DNA from: Patescibacteria group bacterium
Lineage (GTDB): Bacteria > Patescibacteriota > Minisyncoccia > UBA6257 > 2-01-FULL-56-20
DNA length: 64,000 nt
Direction: 5' to 3'
Assembly (NCBI GenBank): GCA_018971305.1
Contig: JAGXBC010000001.1
Span: 173,956-237,955 of the forward strand
Below are positions 44,878-54,696 of the stretch, in pieces. The translations under genes were made by a program, and so were the position numbers. Under the pieces are notes generated by a model, which worked only from the letters and a program-made list of their open reading frames with translations, was not told the origin of the DNA and did not search any database. How positions within the stretch are numbered: position 1 is the stretch's first letter; each line of letters begins with the position of its first letter.

Positions 44878-45342
44878 TCAGGCACGACGGCCATATCTCG
44901 CGGAAGGACCACGCATTCTGGCTCGCAAAAAGTCGTAGGCCTGCCTTAAGACCTTTTGGCTGTCTTTATACTTACCTAAAATTCTTTGGGCGTCCCTGAA
45001 TAAAAACCAGCCGTATCCTTGATGCTCAAAAGAAATTCTTACGTCTTTTTTGGAAGATTCCGCCAGATAAAAAATTACCACTTTAAATATGCTCTGCCCG
45101 GATTTTTTGAAGTAAAACCTCTCATAAGCCTGGAATCCCGGTATTAGGCGCAGGTCGTGCCCGGAAAGTCCGGCCTCCTCCCTCGTCTCGCGAAGCGCGG
45201 CCGCTAAACTCTCTTCTTCCGATTCAATATGCCCCTTGGGAAAATTCCAATAACTGCCACCGTGATATAGAATCAAAAACTTGGGACCTTCCTTGGTCCT
45301 CCTATAGGCGATTATTCCTGCCGATATCTCTTGTTTTGTCAT
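44878..45342 (-). CDS. NUDIX hydrolase
   Basis: 154 aa with the Nudix box GHIESEEESLAAALRETREEAGL. Confidence 0.85.
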   Translation of the reverse strand: MTKQEISAGIIAYRRTKEGPKFLILYHGGSYWNFPKGHIESEEESLAAALRETREEAGLSGHDLRLIPGFQAYERFYFKKSGQSIFKVVIFYLAESSKKDVRISFEHQGYGWFLFRDAQRILGKYKDSQKVLRQAYDFLRARMRGPSARYGRRA

Positions 45343-47069
45343 TTTAGAAATTCTAACATTTTTGCCACGGGCCAGGCATTAATAATGTCTTTTCTCTCGG
45401 CCCAACCGCGACGCGCCTGCGCAATGCCATATTCCAGATAAGGAAAGTGCGCGGGCGAATGAGCATCGGAGTCGATGGACATTTTCACCCCCATCTCCAC
45501 GCACTTTCTAATATGGTCGTCTTTCAAATCTAAGCGGTCGGGGTAGGCATCTATTTCCATTATTGTTCCGGTTTTTTTAGCCGCCTTTATTAATTCATCC
45601 ATATCAACTTCATAAGCTTCGCGGCGATTAATAATGCGTCCTGTTGGATGGAAAATAATATCAACATTTTTATTTTCCATCGCCCGCTTAATACGCGCGG
45701 TCTGCTCAGCGCGCGGCAAGTTAAAATAGGAGTGGACCGAGGCACCAACGACATCCAGCTTTGCCAAAATATTGTCCGGCAGATCAAGTGATCCGTCCTT
45801 TAAAATATCGCACTCGCTACCCTTCAGAATTTTGATTTTTCCGGCAAACTTCTTGTTTAGACGATCTATCTCGGCCATCTGCTTTAGAATCCTTTTTTCG
45901 TCCAGACCGTGCGTCATAGCCAGGCGCTTTGTGTGATCGGTTATAACTATATATTCAAGTCCATTTTTTCTAGCCGCAAGCGCCATATTCTCTATAGAAG
46001 CAGAACCGTCCGTCCATTCCGTCTGCACCTGCAAATCGCCACGGAGATCGTTATAGCCGACAAGCACCGGCAGGGCGTGTTTCCTAGCCAGCTCTATCTC
46101 GCCAGTGTTCTCGCGCATCTCCGGCTCAATATAATCCATACCGAGAGCTTTATATAGCTCTTCTTCGTTTTTGCCGGCAACCTGTTTTTTCCTTTTAAAC
46201 AATCCGTATTCGTTCAATTTATAACCCTTAGAGATGGCGATTTTGCGCAGAGCTACGTTATGGTCTTTGGAGCCGGTAAAATAATTAAGCGCCGCGCCAT
46301 ACGAGTTCGCCCTAACTACACGCAGATCAATATCCATTCCTGATTTTATTTTAATGGAAGATTTGGTCGCTCCATGCGCATGAACTTGTGCCACCTCCGG
46401 CATCTCAACAAAATAATCCATTATCGGCGCCGGTTTTTTTGAAACTACGAGAATGTCCGCATCTCCTATTGTTTCCTTGCTACGCCGAGTTGATCCGGCG
46501 ACTATTGTTTTTTCCACGCCCGGTAAAGAACGCAGACGCTCTTCAATCGTTTCTATAGTGGGCATAACAGAACCCAACACGAACCGCCCGCCCGATTTCT
46601 TTACGAATTCAATTCCCTTTAGGATATTCTCTTCGCTTTTCTTTCCAAAACCATCAAGGCGAGAAATTTTTCCCGCACGCGCCGCTTTTTCCAAATCAGC
46701 AATACCCTTAATTCCTAACTTTTGATAAAGCTTTTTTATGGACTTCGGCCCAAGACCCTCTATCCCCCCGAACTCTTCTAGCCTAACGGGTGTTTTCTTT
46801 TTTATATCTTCGTAATATTTACAACGCCCGGTTTTGATTATCTCCTCTATTTTTTCTGCGATAGACACGCCAACTCCAGGAATTTCTTCAAGCGCCTTTA
46901 GTCCGCCTTTTTCATAAATATCCCTCGCTTCTTCTTCCAGCCCGCCTATAATCTCCGCGACTTTTTCGTAAGCGCGCGGCTTAAAGGGCACGTCCTGCAT
47001 TTCCAGGTAAATAGATATCTCCGAGAGTATTTCCGCGATAATTCTATTAGTAATCTGATCTCTGGACAT
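45339..47069 (-). CDS. polX: Family X DNA polymerase with C-terminal PHP domain (PolX)
   Basis: The ORF is 45339..47102. The likely start is MSRDQITNRI. HhH motifs, the pol-beta core GSTRRSKETIGDADILV and the PHP segment ITDHT...HSY...DSDAH. Confidence 0.9.
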   Translation of the reverse strand: MSRDQITNRIIAEILSEISIYLEMQDVPFKPRAYEKVAEIIGGLEEEARDIYEKGGLKALEEIPGVGVSIAEKIEEIIKTGRCKYYEDIKKKTPVRLEEFGGIEGLGPKSIKKLYQKLGIKGIADLEKAARAGKISRLDGFGKKSEENILKGIEFVKKSGGRFVLGSVMPTIETIEERLRSLPGVEKTIVAGSTRRSKETIGDADILVVSKKPAPIMDYFVEMPEVAQVHAHGATKSSIKIKSGMDIDLRVVRANSYGAALNYFTGSKDHNVALRKIAISKGYKLNEYGLFKRKKQVAGKNEEELYKALGMDYIEPEMRENTGEIELARKHALPVLVGYNDLRGDLQVQTEWTDGSASIENMALAARKNGLEYIVITDHTKRLAMTHGLDEKRILKQMAEIDRLNKKFAGKIKILKGSECDILKDGSLDLPDNILAKLDVVGASVHSYFNLPRAEQTARIKRAMENKNVDIIFHPTGRIINRREAYEVDMDELIKAAKKTGTIMEIDAYPDRLDLKDDHIRKCVEMGVKMSIDSDAHSPAHFPYLEYGIAQARRGWAERKDIINAWPVAKMLEFLK

Positions 47070-47076
47070 TGTCGGT

Positions 47077-47757
47077 TTAACGATTTTTGTCCAAAGGCAC
47101 ACTTAGTTTCGCGGAAGGACCATCCTTAGGGATAACAGTGGCTAGGGGGGTTGTTTGTTTCGGCAAAATAAGGTCTGGGGCCATTATCAGCAAAACCGCC
47201 GATAACGCAGAAAATATTCCGGCGAAGATGAAAACCGCCGGGAACCCCCAGGAGTTAGCGATAATTCCCCCGACAAATCCGCTTACACCGGCCGAAACTC
47301 CGGCCGCCGTACTATCCAATGCCCAATCAAAAGAAATCCTGTCTTTATCCAAGTGCCGCGAGAAAATAGCCGGCCAGGAGGCGGCGTAGAGAGCGAAACC
47401 AATAGCGTGAATAATCTGAACCAAATATAATTGCCAGATCTCTTTTACGAGAGCGAAAGAAATTGCCGAAAAGGCGGCAAGCAATAAGCCAAATATCAGA
47501 GCGTAGAAATCATCTTTCTCTCCCGGTGTCTTATCTAAATAATTGGCGAGTGGAAGTTGTAGCAACGATTTGAGAAGCCAATAAATAGCGGCCGAGGCCC
47601 CAACGGTTATCAGAGTGGCTCCGGCTATATTCTGAATTATAAATATGGAAAATACGGGTTCGATCAAACCCCAGCCGGCCAAAAGGGTTAAATCAGACAA
47701 AATAAAATACTTTACGAGGCGGCCAACTTTTATGTCCAGGCTTATTCTTATTTTCAT
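47077..47757 (-). CDS. Six-TM MFS-like half-transporter
   Basis: 226 aa with about six hydrophobic helices. The DKTPGEKDD loop resembles the MFS loop 2-3. Confidence 0.55.
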   Translation of the reverse strand: MKIRISLDIKVGRLVKYFILSDLTLLAGWGLIEPVFSIFIIQNIAGATLITVGASAAIYWLLKSLLQLPLANYLDKTPGEKDDFYALIFGLLLAAFSAISFALVKEIWQLYLVQIIHAIGFALYAASWPAIFSRHLDKDRISFDWALDSTAAGVSAGVSGFVGGIIANSWGFPAVFIFAGIFSALSAVLLIMAPDLILPKQTTPLATVIPKDGPSAKLSVPLDKNR

Positions 47758-47860
47758 CCCGTTAGAAAATTAAAGCCTGCGCCGGTCGACTCCGGGCCCC
47801 CGATTACTTGGTCGGTTGTTTTATCGTTACCTATTAGCATTATTAATTTTCTAACTGGAT

Positions 47861-50413
47861 TCATGCCTTTGTTTCGCCGATCTCATTAAATTGTATTTCT
47901 TCTCCGACAGAAGAAACCTTTATATGGCTGCCGCGATTTACTGTTTTTTTCAATATCTTCTGCGCGAGCGGGGCACGAAGCTTTTCATCTATCACTCGGC
48001 GCAGAGGCCTCGCACCGAATGCAGGATCATAACCAAGCTTAACAAGCTCACTAATCAGAGAGTCGTCGAATTCCATCTTTATACCCTGCTCGGCTACCAT
48101 GGCCGCGACATCCTGCAGATTAATTGAGACTATCTTAGCCAGATCTACCGGAAGAAGATTTTTAAAAATAACGATGCGCGAGAATCTATTGATAAGTTCC
48201 GGCTTAAAAACATCGGTTAATCTTTTCTTTAGATATTCCGATATTTCCGACATGGACTGTCCTTTATTCAGAGCATCGTTGATGATATCCGAATGGGCGT
48301 TGGACGTGGCGATAATAACCGTATTTTGAAAATCAACCACTCTTCCCAAGTTGTCGGTCAGGCGGCCATCATCCAAAACCTGCAGAAAAAGGTTGAGTAT
48401 GTCCGGAAATGCTTTTTCAAACTCATCCAAAAGCACCAAGCTGTATGGTTTCTGTAAAATCGCATCTGTGAGCGTACCGTTCACGCTGCCATCCGGTGAA
48501 CCGATAAATCTGTAGAAACTTTGCTTGTCTTGGTATTCCGTCATATCAAAACGCACCATCGCTTTTTCCGAGCCGAACTGAACGCGCGCCAGAATCTTAG
48601 CGAGCTCGGTTTTGCCGACGCCGGTAGGGCCAACAAAGAGAAAACTGGAAATCGGGCCGCCGGCGCGAGAAAGGCCGCTTCTATATTCTCGTAAAGATTC
48701 GGATACGGCGCGCACGGCTTCTTCCTGATCGATTAGACGTTCGTGAATAATATTCTCCAGGTTCAAAAGTTGTTTAGCTTCGTCACCGGACGCCTCGTGG
48801 ATAGGAATATTCACCTTAGCCTCTGCCACCCTGATAACCTGCTCCGGGCCAAGAACTTTTTCTCCCCTTCTTTTTACGTCTACTACAGCGCTTTTCAATA
48901 GTTCCTCGGCGCTTGCCGGTAAAAATTTATTGCGAAAATATTTTTTAGCGAGAATCACGGATTTCTTTACGGCGCCGAAACTAATGGTAACGCCAAACTG
49001 CTTCTCCAACAGCAACCCATCGTAACTCAAGATTTTTTCGGCTTCGTCTTCCTTTATTTCATTAACTCTGATAATTTCAAATGCGCCGGCGAAATCGCTT
49101 CTCGGCTCAATGAACTGCTTAAACTCTTTGGGATATGTAGCACCAATTATAGGAAAAGAATTATTCATAATTATCGGCATCAGCTCATCGGCGGCGGAAA
49201 GGTATGCCGTACCCGAGGTCCGCACTAAATTATGAATGTCCGCGATATAGATTATAATATTGCCGGCAGTTATGATCTCCTCAATAATTTTCTTCAGCCG
49301 CTGATTCAACTCTTCCGGCGGCGCTCCCGCAACCAAGCTACCAAGCTCCAATCCCACAAGCCTCTTGTCGAAAAGTGCCTGTGGCACTTCGTCTTTGGAT
49401 AATTTATAAGCCAAGTGGGCAACCAATGTTTCCTTGCCTATACCGGATTCACCTATCAGCAAGGCATTAGGGTTTATCGGCCGAGCCAATGTATCTATTA
49501 ATCGTTCCAATTCTTCTTTATGACCGATAAGAAACCCCGCGCGTCCCTGCCTGGCTAAATCGGTGAAATCGGTGGAATATCTATCTAGAGTAGGAGTCGG
49601 TCTTGAAGTCCAATCCCTGTTCATGATTCTGTGCCTTGACCGAACCGGTCCCGACACAAAACCGGCTACGCTGCCGGGCAAACGTCCGAACGAAGAACTC
49701 TTACTTAAGGAGCTGAAAATCAATGCTCTTTCCAGGTCCCCGGCATCAATCCCGAAGATTCCGAATATCCTCTTCAAAGATTCGTTTTCTATTAGGGGGA
49801 GGGAAGAAAATAGGTCGCTTAATTCTATGAATGCGTGTCCCGACTCCAACGCCCGATTCAGAGCGCTAACCGTTAAAAGTTCCACGTTCCCGAGGAGAGA
49901 TTCTTGTGTCGGACCCACTCCTTCGCCCCTGCCGCTGGCGGATAAAAATTCTTCGATTTTCTGCCTGAATTCATCAAAGGGAATATCAAGGCGCCTCAAG
50001 CCGCTTTCTATTTCAGAAAAATTAAGAAGCTGGCGCGCCAGTTCCAAAAAGAAATCGTGCCGAGTGATTAGGCTACTATCGAAAGATTTTTCTATTATCC
50101 CGAATGCCTTCGGCCTAAGAAATAAGGCCAGATTAACCCTTCCCTTTCTGGGGAATTCTGTAAGCGGCTTATCCGCCTGCCTCAGGTGCATTACTCTGTC
50201 TAGTAAGAATAAAATCAGAAATATACCGAAGAAACGCATCCAGGTTAAATCAGACAAAATAAATGTCGCGGTTGCGGCGGCAAGAACCAGGTATCCAATG
50301 TAGCTCAAAATCCTCACCAAAAATCTGCCTGGCCAGCTCATCCGCAGGCGCGGGTCGTTGAAGGAAAGTTTTAATTCCTGAGCTCTTTTTGTTTTAGAAA
50401 TTTCTTGCTGCAT
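47861..50413 (-). CDS. Membrane-anchored Clp/Hsp100-like double-AAA+ protein with degenerate first ATPase module
   Basis: 850 aa. N-terminal TM helices (FLVRILSYIGYLVLAAATATFIL, FFGIFLILFLL). D1 has Walker A GESGIGKET and Walker B IYIADIH, both non-canonical. D2 is canonical ([32 protein letters not shown]). There is no ClpB-type coiled-coil M-domain. Confidence 0.85.
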   Translation of the reverse strand: MQQEISKTKRAQELKLSFNDPRLRMSWPGRFLVRILSYIGYLVLAAATATFILSDLTWMRFFGIFLILFLLDRVMHLRQADKPLTEFPRKGRVNLALFLRPKAFGIIEKSFDSSLITRHDFFLELARQLLNFSEIESGLRRLDIPFDEFRQKIEEFLSASGRGEGVGPTQESLLGNVELLTVSALNRALESGHAFIELSDLFSSLPLIENESLKRIFGIFGIDAGDLERALIFSSLSKSSSFGRLPGSVAGFVSGPVRSRHRIMNRDWTSRPTPTLDRYSTDFTDLARQGRAGFLIGHKEELERLIDTLARPINPNALLIGESGIGKETLVAHLAYKLSKDEVPQALFDKRLVGLELGSLVAGAPPEELNQRLKKIIEEIITAGNIIIYIADIHNLVRTSGTAYLSAADELMPIIMNNSFPIIGATYPKEFKQFIEPRSDFAGAFEIIRVNEIKEDEAEKILSYDGLLLEKQFGVTISFGAVKKSVILAKKYFRNKFLPASAEELLKSAVVDVKRRGEKVLGPEQVIRVAEAKVNIPIHEASGDEAKQLLNLENIIHERLIDQEEAVRAVSESLREYRSGLSRAGGPISSFLFVGPTGVGKTELAKILARVQFGSEKAMVRFDMTEYQDKQSFYRFIGSPDGSVNGTLTDAILQKPYSLVLLDEFEKAFPDILNLFLQVLDDGRLTDNLGRVVDFQNTVIIATSNAHSDIINDALNKGQSMSEISEYLKKRLTDVFKPELINRFSRIVIFKNLLPVDLAKIVSINLQDVAAMVAEQGIKMEFDDSLISELVKLGYDPAFGARPLRRVIDEKLRAPLAQKILKKTVNRGSHIKVSSVGEEIQFNEIGETKA

Positions 50414-50741
50414 AGATTAAGATGGCTGCGGGAATCAAAAGCCAGATACCATACATGGCCAAAAATATCGCCGCCACAAACATATAAATAACACCGCCTA
50501 TTAAAATTCTCCCGGAGCGGAATATAAAACCAAGCAGTCTGCCGACGACCGTGTAGTCTTTATATAGCGGTTGAAACAGATAATGGAAGGTTATCCTGAT
50601 GGCAAAGGTTTTATCCAGATTCTCCAGGGTGGAAATGAATTTGTGGGCGAACGAACGCGTGCCGTCAACGTACCAATGATGGAAAAAATCTCCAAGGCGG
50701 TAGAAAAACCTGGCCGTCAGATATGTTAGGGCGAAGTTCAT
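50394..50741 (-). CDS. Small membrane protein, overlaps the start of the AAA+ gene
   Basis: 115-aa ORF with a hydrophobic C-terminal half and a 20-nt overlap with 47861..50413. Confidence 0.45.
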   Translation of the reverse strand: MNFALTYLTARFFYRLGDFFHHWYVDGTRSFAHKFISTLENLDKTFAIRITFHYLFQPLYKDYTVVGRLLGFIFRSGRILIGGVIYMFVAAIFLAMYGIWLLIPAAILIYAARNF

Positions 50742-50760
50742 ATATTTACATTATAGCAAC

Positions 50761-50787
50761 AAAAAGGGACAGATATAATCTGTCCCC
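50761..50787 (-). terminator. Rho-independent terminator
   Basis: The minus strand reads ggggacagattatatctgtccc followed by ttttt. Confidence 0.65.
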
Positions 50788-50791
50788 GGTA

Positions 50792-51382
50792 TTATTCGGA
50801 TAAGGGCAACCGATATCTTCCGGTCTCCTCATTTAGGCGAAAACCCGAGCGTTTTGCGGTAACATCGTAGTGCATATACATACGCTCCCTAACCCCACCG
50901 GTTTCCAACTTATACCAAGGACTTTGTTCGGAGCTAATAATTTCAATCAGTCGGACACCATAAGATTTTGACCAATCAACAACTATCGCTACCAACATTC
51001 TTTCCCACCTGATTGCACTAAGATAATCCTTCACAAAAGGAGATCCCTGTATCTGTTGTATTGTTAGTGTCTTGGAATTACAATCAAAATCGAAACCAAT
51101 CAAGGCTATCGGAGATGCCATCAATAAATTTTTTCTGACGACAAGTAAAAAGTTATACTCGGCATCAAGATATATAGCCGGAGAAACCAATCCAGAAACG
51201 AAGCTTGCGGAATAATAATTGGATTTGCCTGCAGTGCCCCGCCTCTCGGAAAAGAGACGGTAATGGTATGCCTGCGATTGGCCAGGTTTCAAAAAACGCT
51301 TCAGATAGAAACCAATATCAATATCATCAGCCTCTCTATAGACATCAATGTTATTGAGACCAGCCAAAACATTCTTCACCAA
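50792..51382 (-). CDS. Hypothetical protein
   Basis: 196-aa ORF with a TTG start. No confident family assignment. Confidence 0.45.
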   Translation of the reverse strand: MVKNVLAGLNNIDVYREADDIDIGFYLKRFLKPGQSQAYHYRLFSERRGTAGKSNYYSASFVSGLVSPAIYLDAEYNFLLVVRKNLLMASPIALIGFDFDCNSKTLTIQQIQGSPFVKDYLSAIRWERMLVAIVVDWSKSYGVRLIEIISSEQSPWYKLETGGVRERMYMHYDVTAKRSGFRLNEETGRYRLPLSE

Positions 51383-51461
51383 GAGTCACCCCCCGTCCGC
51401 AAAAAGATAATTCAATAAACTTTCTATTTTATAAACCTAGTTATGAATAAAGTAAAGACTC

Positions 51462-52109
51462 TTAAAACAATTTCTGCGGCGGTTTTTTTGTTGCGATTTT
51501 TTTGGCTTTAGCCTCCGGCATGGGCGGCATAGCGGTCAGCGCCTCGGCGACTAATTCCCCTGAAACGACTTTCGGCAGCTTCTTCATGTCTTCGCGGAAA
51601 GTTTCCATCATCTGCGTGGAGCGCAATGCCGCGGCCGGATGATAAACCGGGAAAATCAAGCGGTCGTCTATCTTAAAGACACGTCCGTGGTCGCGCGTAA
51701 TCTTCGCAAGCGGCAAGAAATAATTCATTGAGAAGCGGCCGAGGCAAACTATAACTTTCGGATTTATAATGTCTATCTGCCTCGTAAGGTATGGCTTATA
51801 TTTTTCTATTTCTTCTGGCAGAGGGTCGCGGTTGTCTGGCGGTCGGCGCTTAACTATATTTGTAATATAAACGTCTTTCCGCTCCCAGCCAATTTCTTGT
51901 ATGAGTTTATCCAAAAGCTGTCCGCCCCGCCCGACAAACGGGCGGCCCAAACGGTCCTCGTTGAATCCTGGCGCTTCCCCTACAAACATAACTCGGCAAT
52001 CCGGATTGCCTTCGCCAAAAACAAGATTTGATTCGCGTAGCGGCAACGAGACATTGGCGATAATCTCTTTTTCTAAGTCCCTAAGCGCTCCTGATTTTTC
52101 CATATCCAT
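51462..52109 (-). CDS. Uracil-DNA glycosylase, family 4
   Basis: GEGNPDCRVMFVGEAPGFNEDRLGRPFVGRGGQLL and the later HPAAALR. The longer track ORF start (52163) would overlap the hupB terminator, so an internal Met is preferred. Confidence 0.85.
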   Translation of the reverse strand: MDMEKSGALRDLEKEIIANVSLPLRESNLVFGEGNPDCRVMFVGEAPGFNEDRLGRPFVGRGGQLLDKLIQEIGWERKDVYITNIVKRRPPDNRDPLPEEIEKYKPYLTRQIDIINPKVIVCLGRFSMNYFLPLAKITRDHGRVFKIDDRLIFPVYHPAAALRSTQMMETFREDMKKLPKVVSGELVAEALTAMPPMPEAKAKKIATKKPPQKLF

Positions 52110-52146
52110 ATTATATATCAACAACCCAAATAAACTTATTGCCATC

Positions 52147-52176
52147 AAAAAACCGCCCCTCACGAGCGGTTTTTTT
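52147..52176. terminator. Bidirectional-looking terminator downstream of hupB
   Basis: aaaaaaccgc-ccctcacga-gcggtttttt. Confidence 0.6.
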
Positions 52177-52200
52177 CTTTGTGCACAAAGAAAAACGGTG

Positions 52201-52485
52201 TTAGTTCAAAATCGCCTCTTTGGCGGCTTTGGCTACACGGAATTTAACAACTGTCTTGGCCTTGATCTGGATCTGCTCTCCAGTCGCCGGATTTCGCCCC
52301 ATGCGAGCCGCACGGTGCTTCTTGACCAACTTGCCGAATCCCGGAAGAGAGAATTCACCGGCGGATTTGACCTGGCCGTAAGCGATACTGGCAAGCGTTT
52401 CCAAAAAAGCTCCTGCCTGCTTTTTGGACACCTCGGATTTCTCAGCGAGCTGGCCCAAAAGCTCTGACTTTGTCATTTTTGCCAT
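52201..52485 (-). CDS. hup: DNA-binding protein HU
   Basis: 94 aa. Sequence MTKSELLGQLAEKSEVSKKQA...GFGKLVKKHRAARMGRNPATGEQIQIKA. Confidence 0.9.
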   Translation of the reverse strand: MAKMTKSELLGQLAEKSEVSKKQAGAFLETLASIAYGQVKSAGEFSLPGFGKLVKKHRAARMGRNPATGEQIQIKAKTVVKFRVAKAAKEAILN

Positions 52486-52566
52486 GGCTTTATTTTTTAA
52501 TTTTATTATCGACTTTTATGTATTTATTATAGCAAAAACGCCCAAATAGCAAAAACCGCCTTCTTG

Positions 52567-52638
52567 TGCCCCCGCGAGGAATTGAACCTCGATCACCTCC
52601 TTCGGAGGGAGATATTCTATCCGTTGAACTACGAGGGC
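52567..52638 (-). tRNA. tRNA-Arg (anticodon CCG)
   Basis: The minus strand reads GCCCTCGTAGTTCAACGGATAGAATATCTCCCTCCGAAGGAGGTGATCGAGGTTCAATTCCTCGCGGGGGCA. Anticodon loop CTCCGAA and T-loop GGTTCAATTCC. Confidence 0.9.
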
Positions 52639-52646
52639 AATTGGTC

Positions 52647-53768
52647 TTATCCTACGATAAAATAGTAGATTTCGTAAGCCGCCGCCAAAATAAATATCGC
52701 AGATGCCAAATGAAATAATAGCTTCTTAATTCCCGGGGGATCCAAGACTTTTTTACCGACAAGAACTATAAATAAGTACTGCAAGCTAACAAACACCCCG
52801 CCGACAAGCCCGATGACTTTTAAGAAATTATTCAATCCGAGGAGAAAAAGCATTGGTGGCAAAAAGGCGACCAACACCAATCCATATAGCGGCTTCCAAC
52901 TTAAATCTGATTCCAGGGAATTCTTGATTTCCAACCCTATCGGCAAGTAAGAAGTCCAGATGGCAGATAATCCCAGAACGCCGATTATTATAATTTTAAA
53001 GCGTTGCCAACCGACAAGAGCGGAAATCGTATCGGGAGTTATAAAAAGTACCGAGCCCAGAATCCCCATCACGAACATTAAGTAAAGAAGGGCTGTGCCT
53101 GTCGTACCGCAGATCATTGCCAGATAGGGTTGACCAGGAATGGTTAAGTTTTTCTTTGCGTCCTCCTCAATCCCATAAACAGGTTCAATTGCCGTCCAGC
53201 CAGCCAAAGAAAAAAATATTGCGCCGAAGGGCAGAAAAATATTTTTCACGTCAAATATTTTTAATTGAGCAAGAGCACCGGATGGATTAGATGTAAAAAA
53301 AATAAAAACTATGGCGGCGGCCATAAGTGCTATCCCTCCGGTTTCAAGGAGAACACTACGACGCTCCTTGAATAAGAATGGAGTGGTGGCCAAGAGCCAG
53401 AATATCAACGTAGCGGCAACAGGTGAGAGGTTTGGAAATAAAATCTTAATAAATTGGCTGCCAAGGATTAGATAGACAACGAGCGTAAGAACAAGGCCAG
53501 CTAGAACCACAAAAATCCCGAAACCGAAAGCGTAGGAACCCAAATAGGTTCTGATTAAACCCAATAAACGGTTCTTTTCTCTTATTTTCTCCAGAACCCG
53601 GAAATAAATAAAATGGACCAGGATAATAATAATGGAGAAAATGCATAAATAAAAAAGCCCGGTTAGCCAGCCGGACACCGCAAAAACATAGGGTAGCGCA
53701 AAAATCCCCGCCCCAAGTGTTGTCGCCGCAACAATCCCGGATTCTTTAATAAAGCCGCCGAGGCGCAT
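52647..53768 (-). CDS. Amino-acid permease-like transporter (aromatic amino acid/Trp-Tyr permease-like)
   Basis: 373 aa with about 11 TM helices. The N-terminal TTLGAGIFALPYVFAVSGW is typical of this permease group. Confidence 0.65.
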   Translation of the reverse strand: MRLGGFIKESGIVAATTLGAGIFALPYVFAVSGWLTGLFYLCIFSIIIILVHFIYFRVLEKIREKNRLLGLIRTYLGSYAFGFGIFVVLAGLVLTLVVYLILGSQFIKILFPNLSPVAATLIFWLLATTPFLFKERRSVLLETGGIALMAAAIVFIFFTSNPSGALAQLKIFDVKNIFLPFGAIFFSLAGWTAIEPVYGIEEDAKKNLTIPGQPYLAMICGTTGTALLYLMFVMGILGSVLFITPDTISALVGWQRFKIIIIGVLGLSAIWTSYLPIGLEIKNSLESDLSWKPLYGLVLVAFLPPMLFLLGLNNFLKVIGLVGGVFVSLQYLFIVLVGKKVLDPPGIKKLLFHLASAIFILAAAYEIYYFIVG

Positions 53769-54034
53769 CAGGCAAGTAGATACACCAAATCTCCCTCACG
53801 AACCTTGCCATCGACTTTAATGCCGACTTCTTGCCCCTTCTTCGCAGAGGCAATACCTTTATGGTCGTACTGCATTGATTTTATCGCTTCTTCAAGATCT
53901 GTAGTGGCTCCTTTAAAATGAACCTTTGTGCCAACCTCAACTTTTTTACTGAATTTTACTATAGCCACGCTCAGGTTGCCATAAAAATGGGTAACTGTGC
54001 CGATCGGTTTCTGTTCTTTTTTATTCTTGGGCAT
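53768..54034 (-). CDS. Small EF-Tu-domain-2-like beta-barrel protein
   Basis: 88 aa. IGTVTHFYGNLSVAIVKFSKKVEVGTKVHFKG...GQEVGIKVDGKVREGDLVY resembles translation-factor beta-barrel domains. Confidence 0.45.
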   Translation of the reverse strand: MPKNKKEQKPIGTVTHFYGNLSVAIVKFSKKVEVGTKVHFKGATTDLEEAIKSMQYDHKGIASAKKGQEVGIKVDGKVREGDLVYLLA

Positions 54035-54067
54035 AAAAATAAATCATTGATCCGACCTTTTGGGAAT

Positions 54068-54664
54068 TTATTCCTCAAGGCCTTTTTCTTCCTTCTTTAT
54101 CAATTCAATGACTTTTCCCAAAAGCGCTGCCGGGTCGCTCTCAAAAACAACCTTTCCTGTGCCGCGGTGCGCTCCCTCTAAAATATCCTGCAGCATATCG
54201 CTTATTCCTCCGCTGCCCAAAAGTACCCCTTGAGGTTTTTTATCTTCAAAGGCAATCGTGAATTCATTCAGCGTCCCTGTCCTGCCGCAAATAGTTATGA
54301 CTGCGTCGGCGGAACGAGTCAGGAGAAGGTTCCTGCCGGCGTAATCAAATCCGGTATAAACAATAAGATCGTGATAATCCAGTGGCAGGTGGTAGCTTTT
54401 TACGTGAGCTATTTTAGAGGCCGCCGGCGAGAGACCGATTACGATACCGCCGGCTTCCTTAGCCCCTTTAGCAGACCAAAAAGGAATTCCAGTGGTTGCC
54501 CCGGTCACAACTATCATATCCATCTCGGCTATAAGTCTGCCAATCTCCTCGGCCTTCTCGGCCGCCTCTTTTGAACAGATATCGGTTTCTGCCGCCCCGG
54601 AAATACAGATCTTATACTTCGGCTGATAAGTGTTGTCTCCGTGAGAATGATTGTCTTGAGGCAT
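54068..54664 (-). CDS. TIGR00725/LOG-like Rossmann-fold protein
   Basis: 198 aa. Contains ICISGAA, VVTGATTGIP, GGIVIGLSP and ICGRTGTLNEFTIAF. Confidence 0.65.
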   Translation of the reverse strand: MPQDNHSHGDNTYQPKYKICISGAAETDICSKEAAEKAEEIGRLIAEMDMIVVTGATTGIPFWSAKGAKEAGGIVIGLSPAASKIAHVKSYHLPLDYHDLIVYTGFDYAGRNLLLTRSADAVITICGRTGTLNEFTIAFEDKKPQGVLLGSGGISDMLQDILEGAHRGTGKVVFESDPAALLGKVIELIKKEEKGLEE

Positions 54665-54696
54665 TTGTTTAATTATAACACCAAATCCGCGACTAT

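Noticed and set aside
52172-52195. A 24-bp perfect palindrome tttttctttgtgcacaaagaaaaa, with a related TTTGTG...CACAAA hairpin at 56296-56314
   Set aside because: Two loosely similar AT-rich palindromes are too few to call a motif. The first is contiguous with the hupB terminator region and may simply be part of it.
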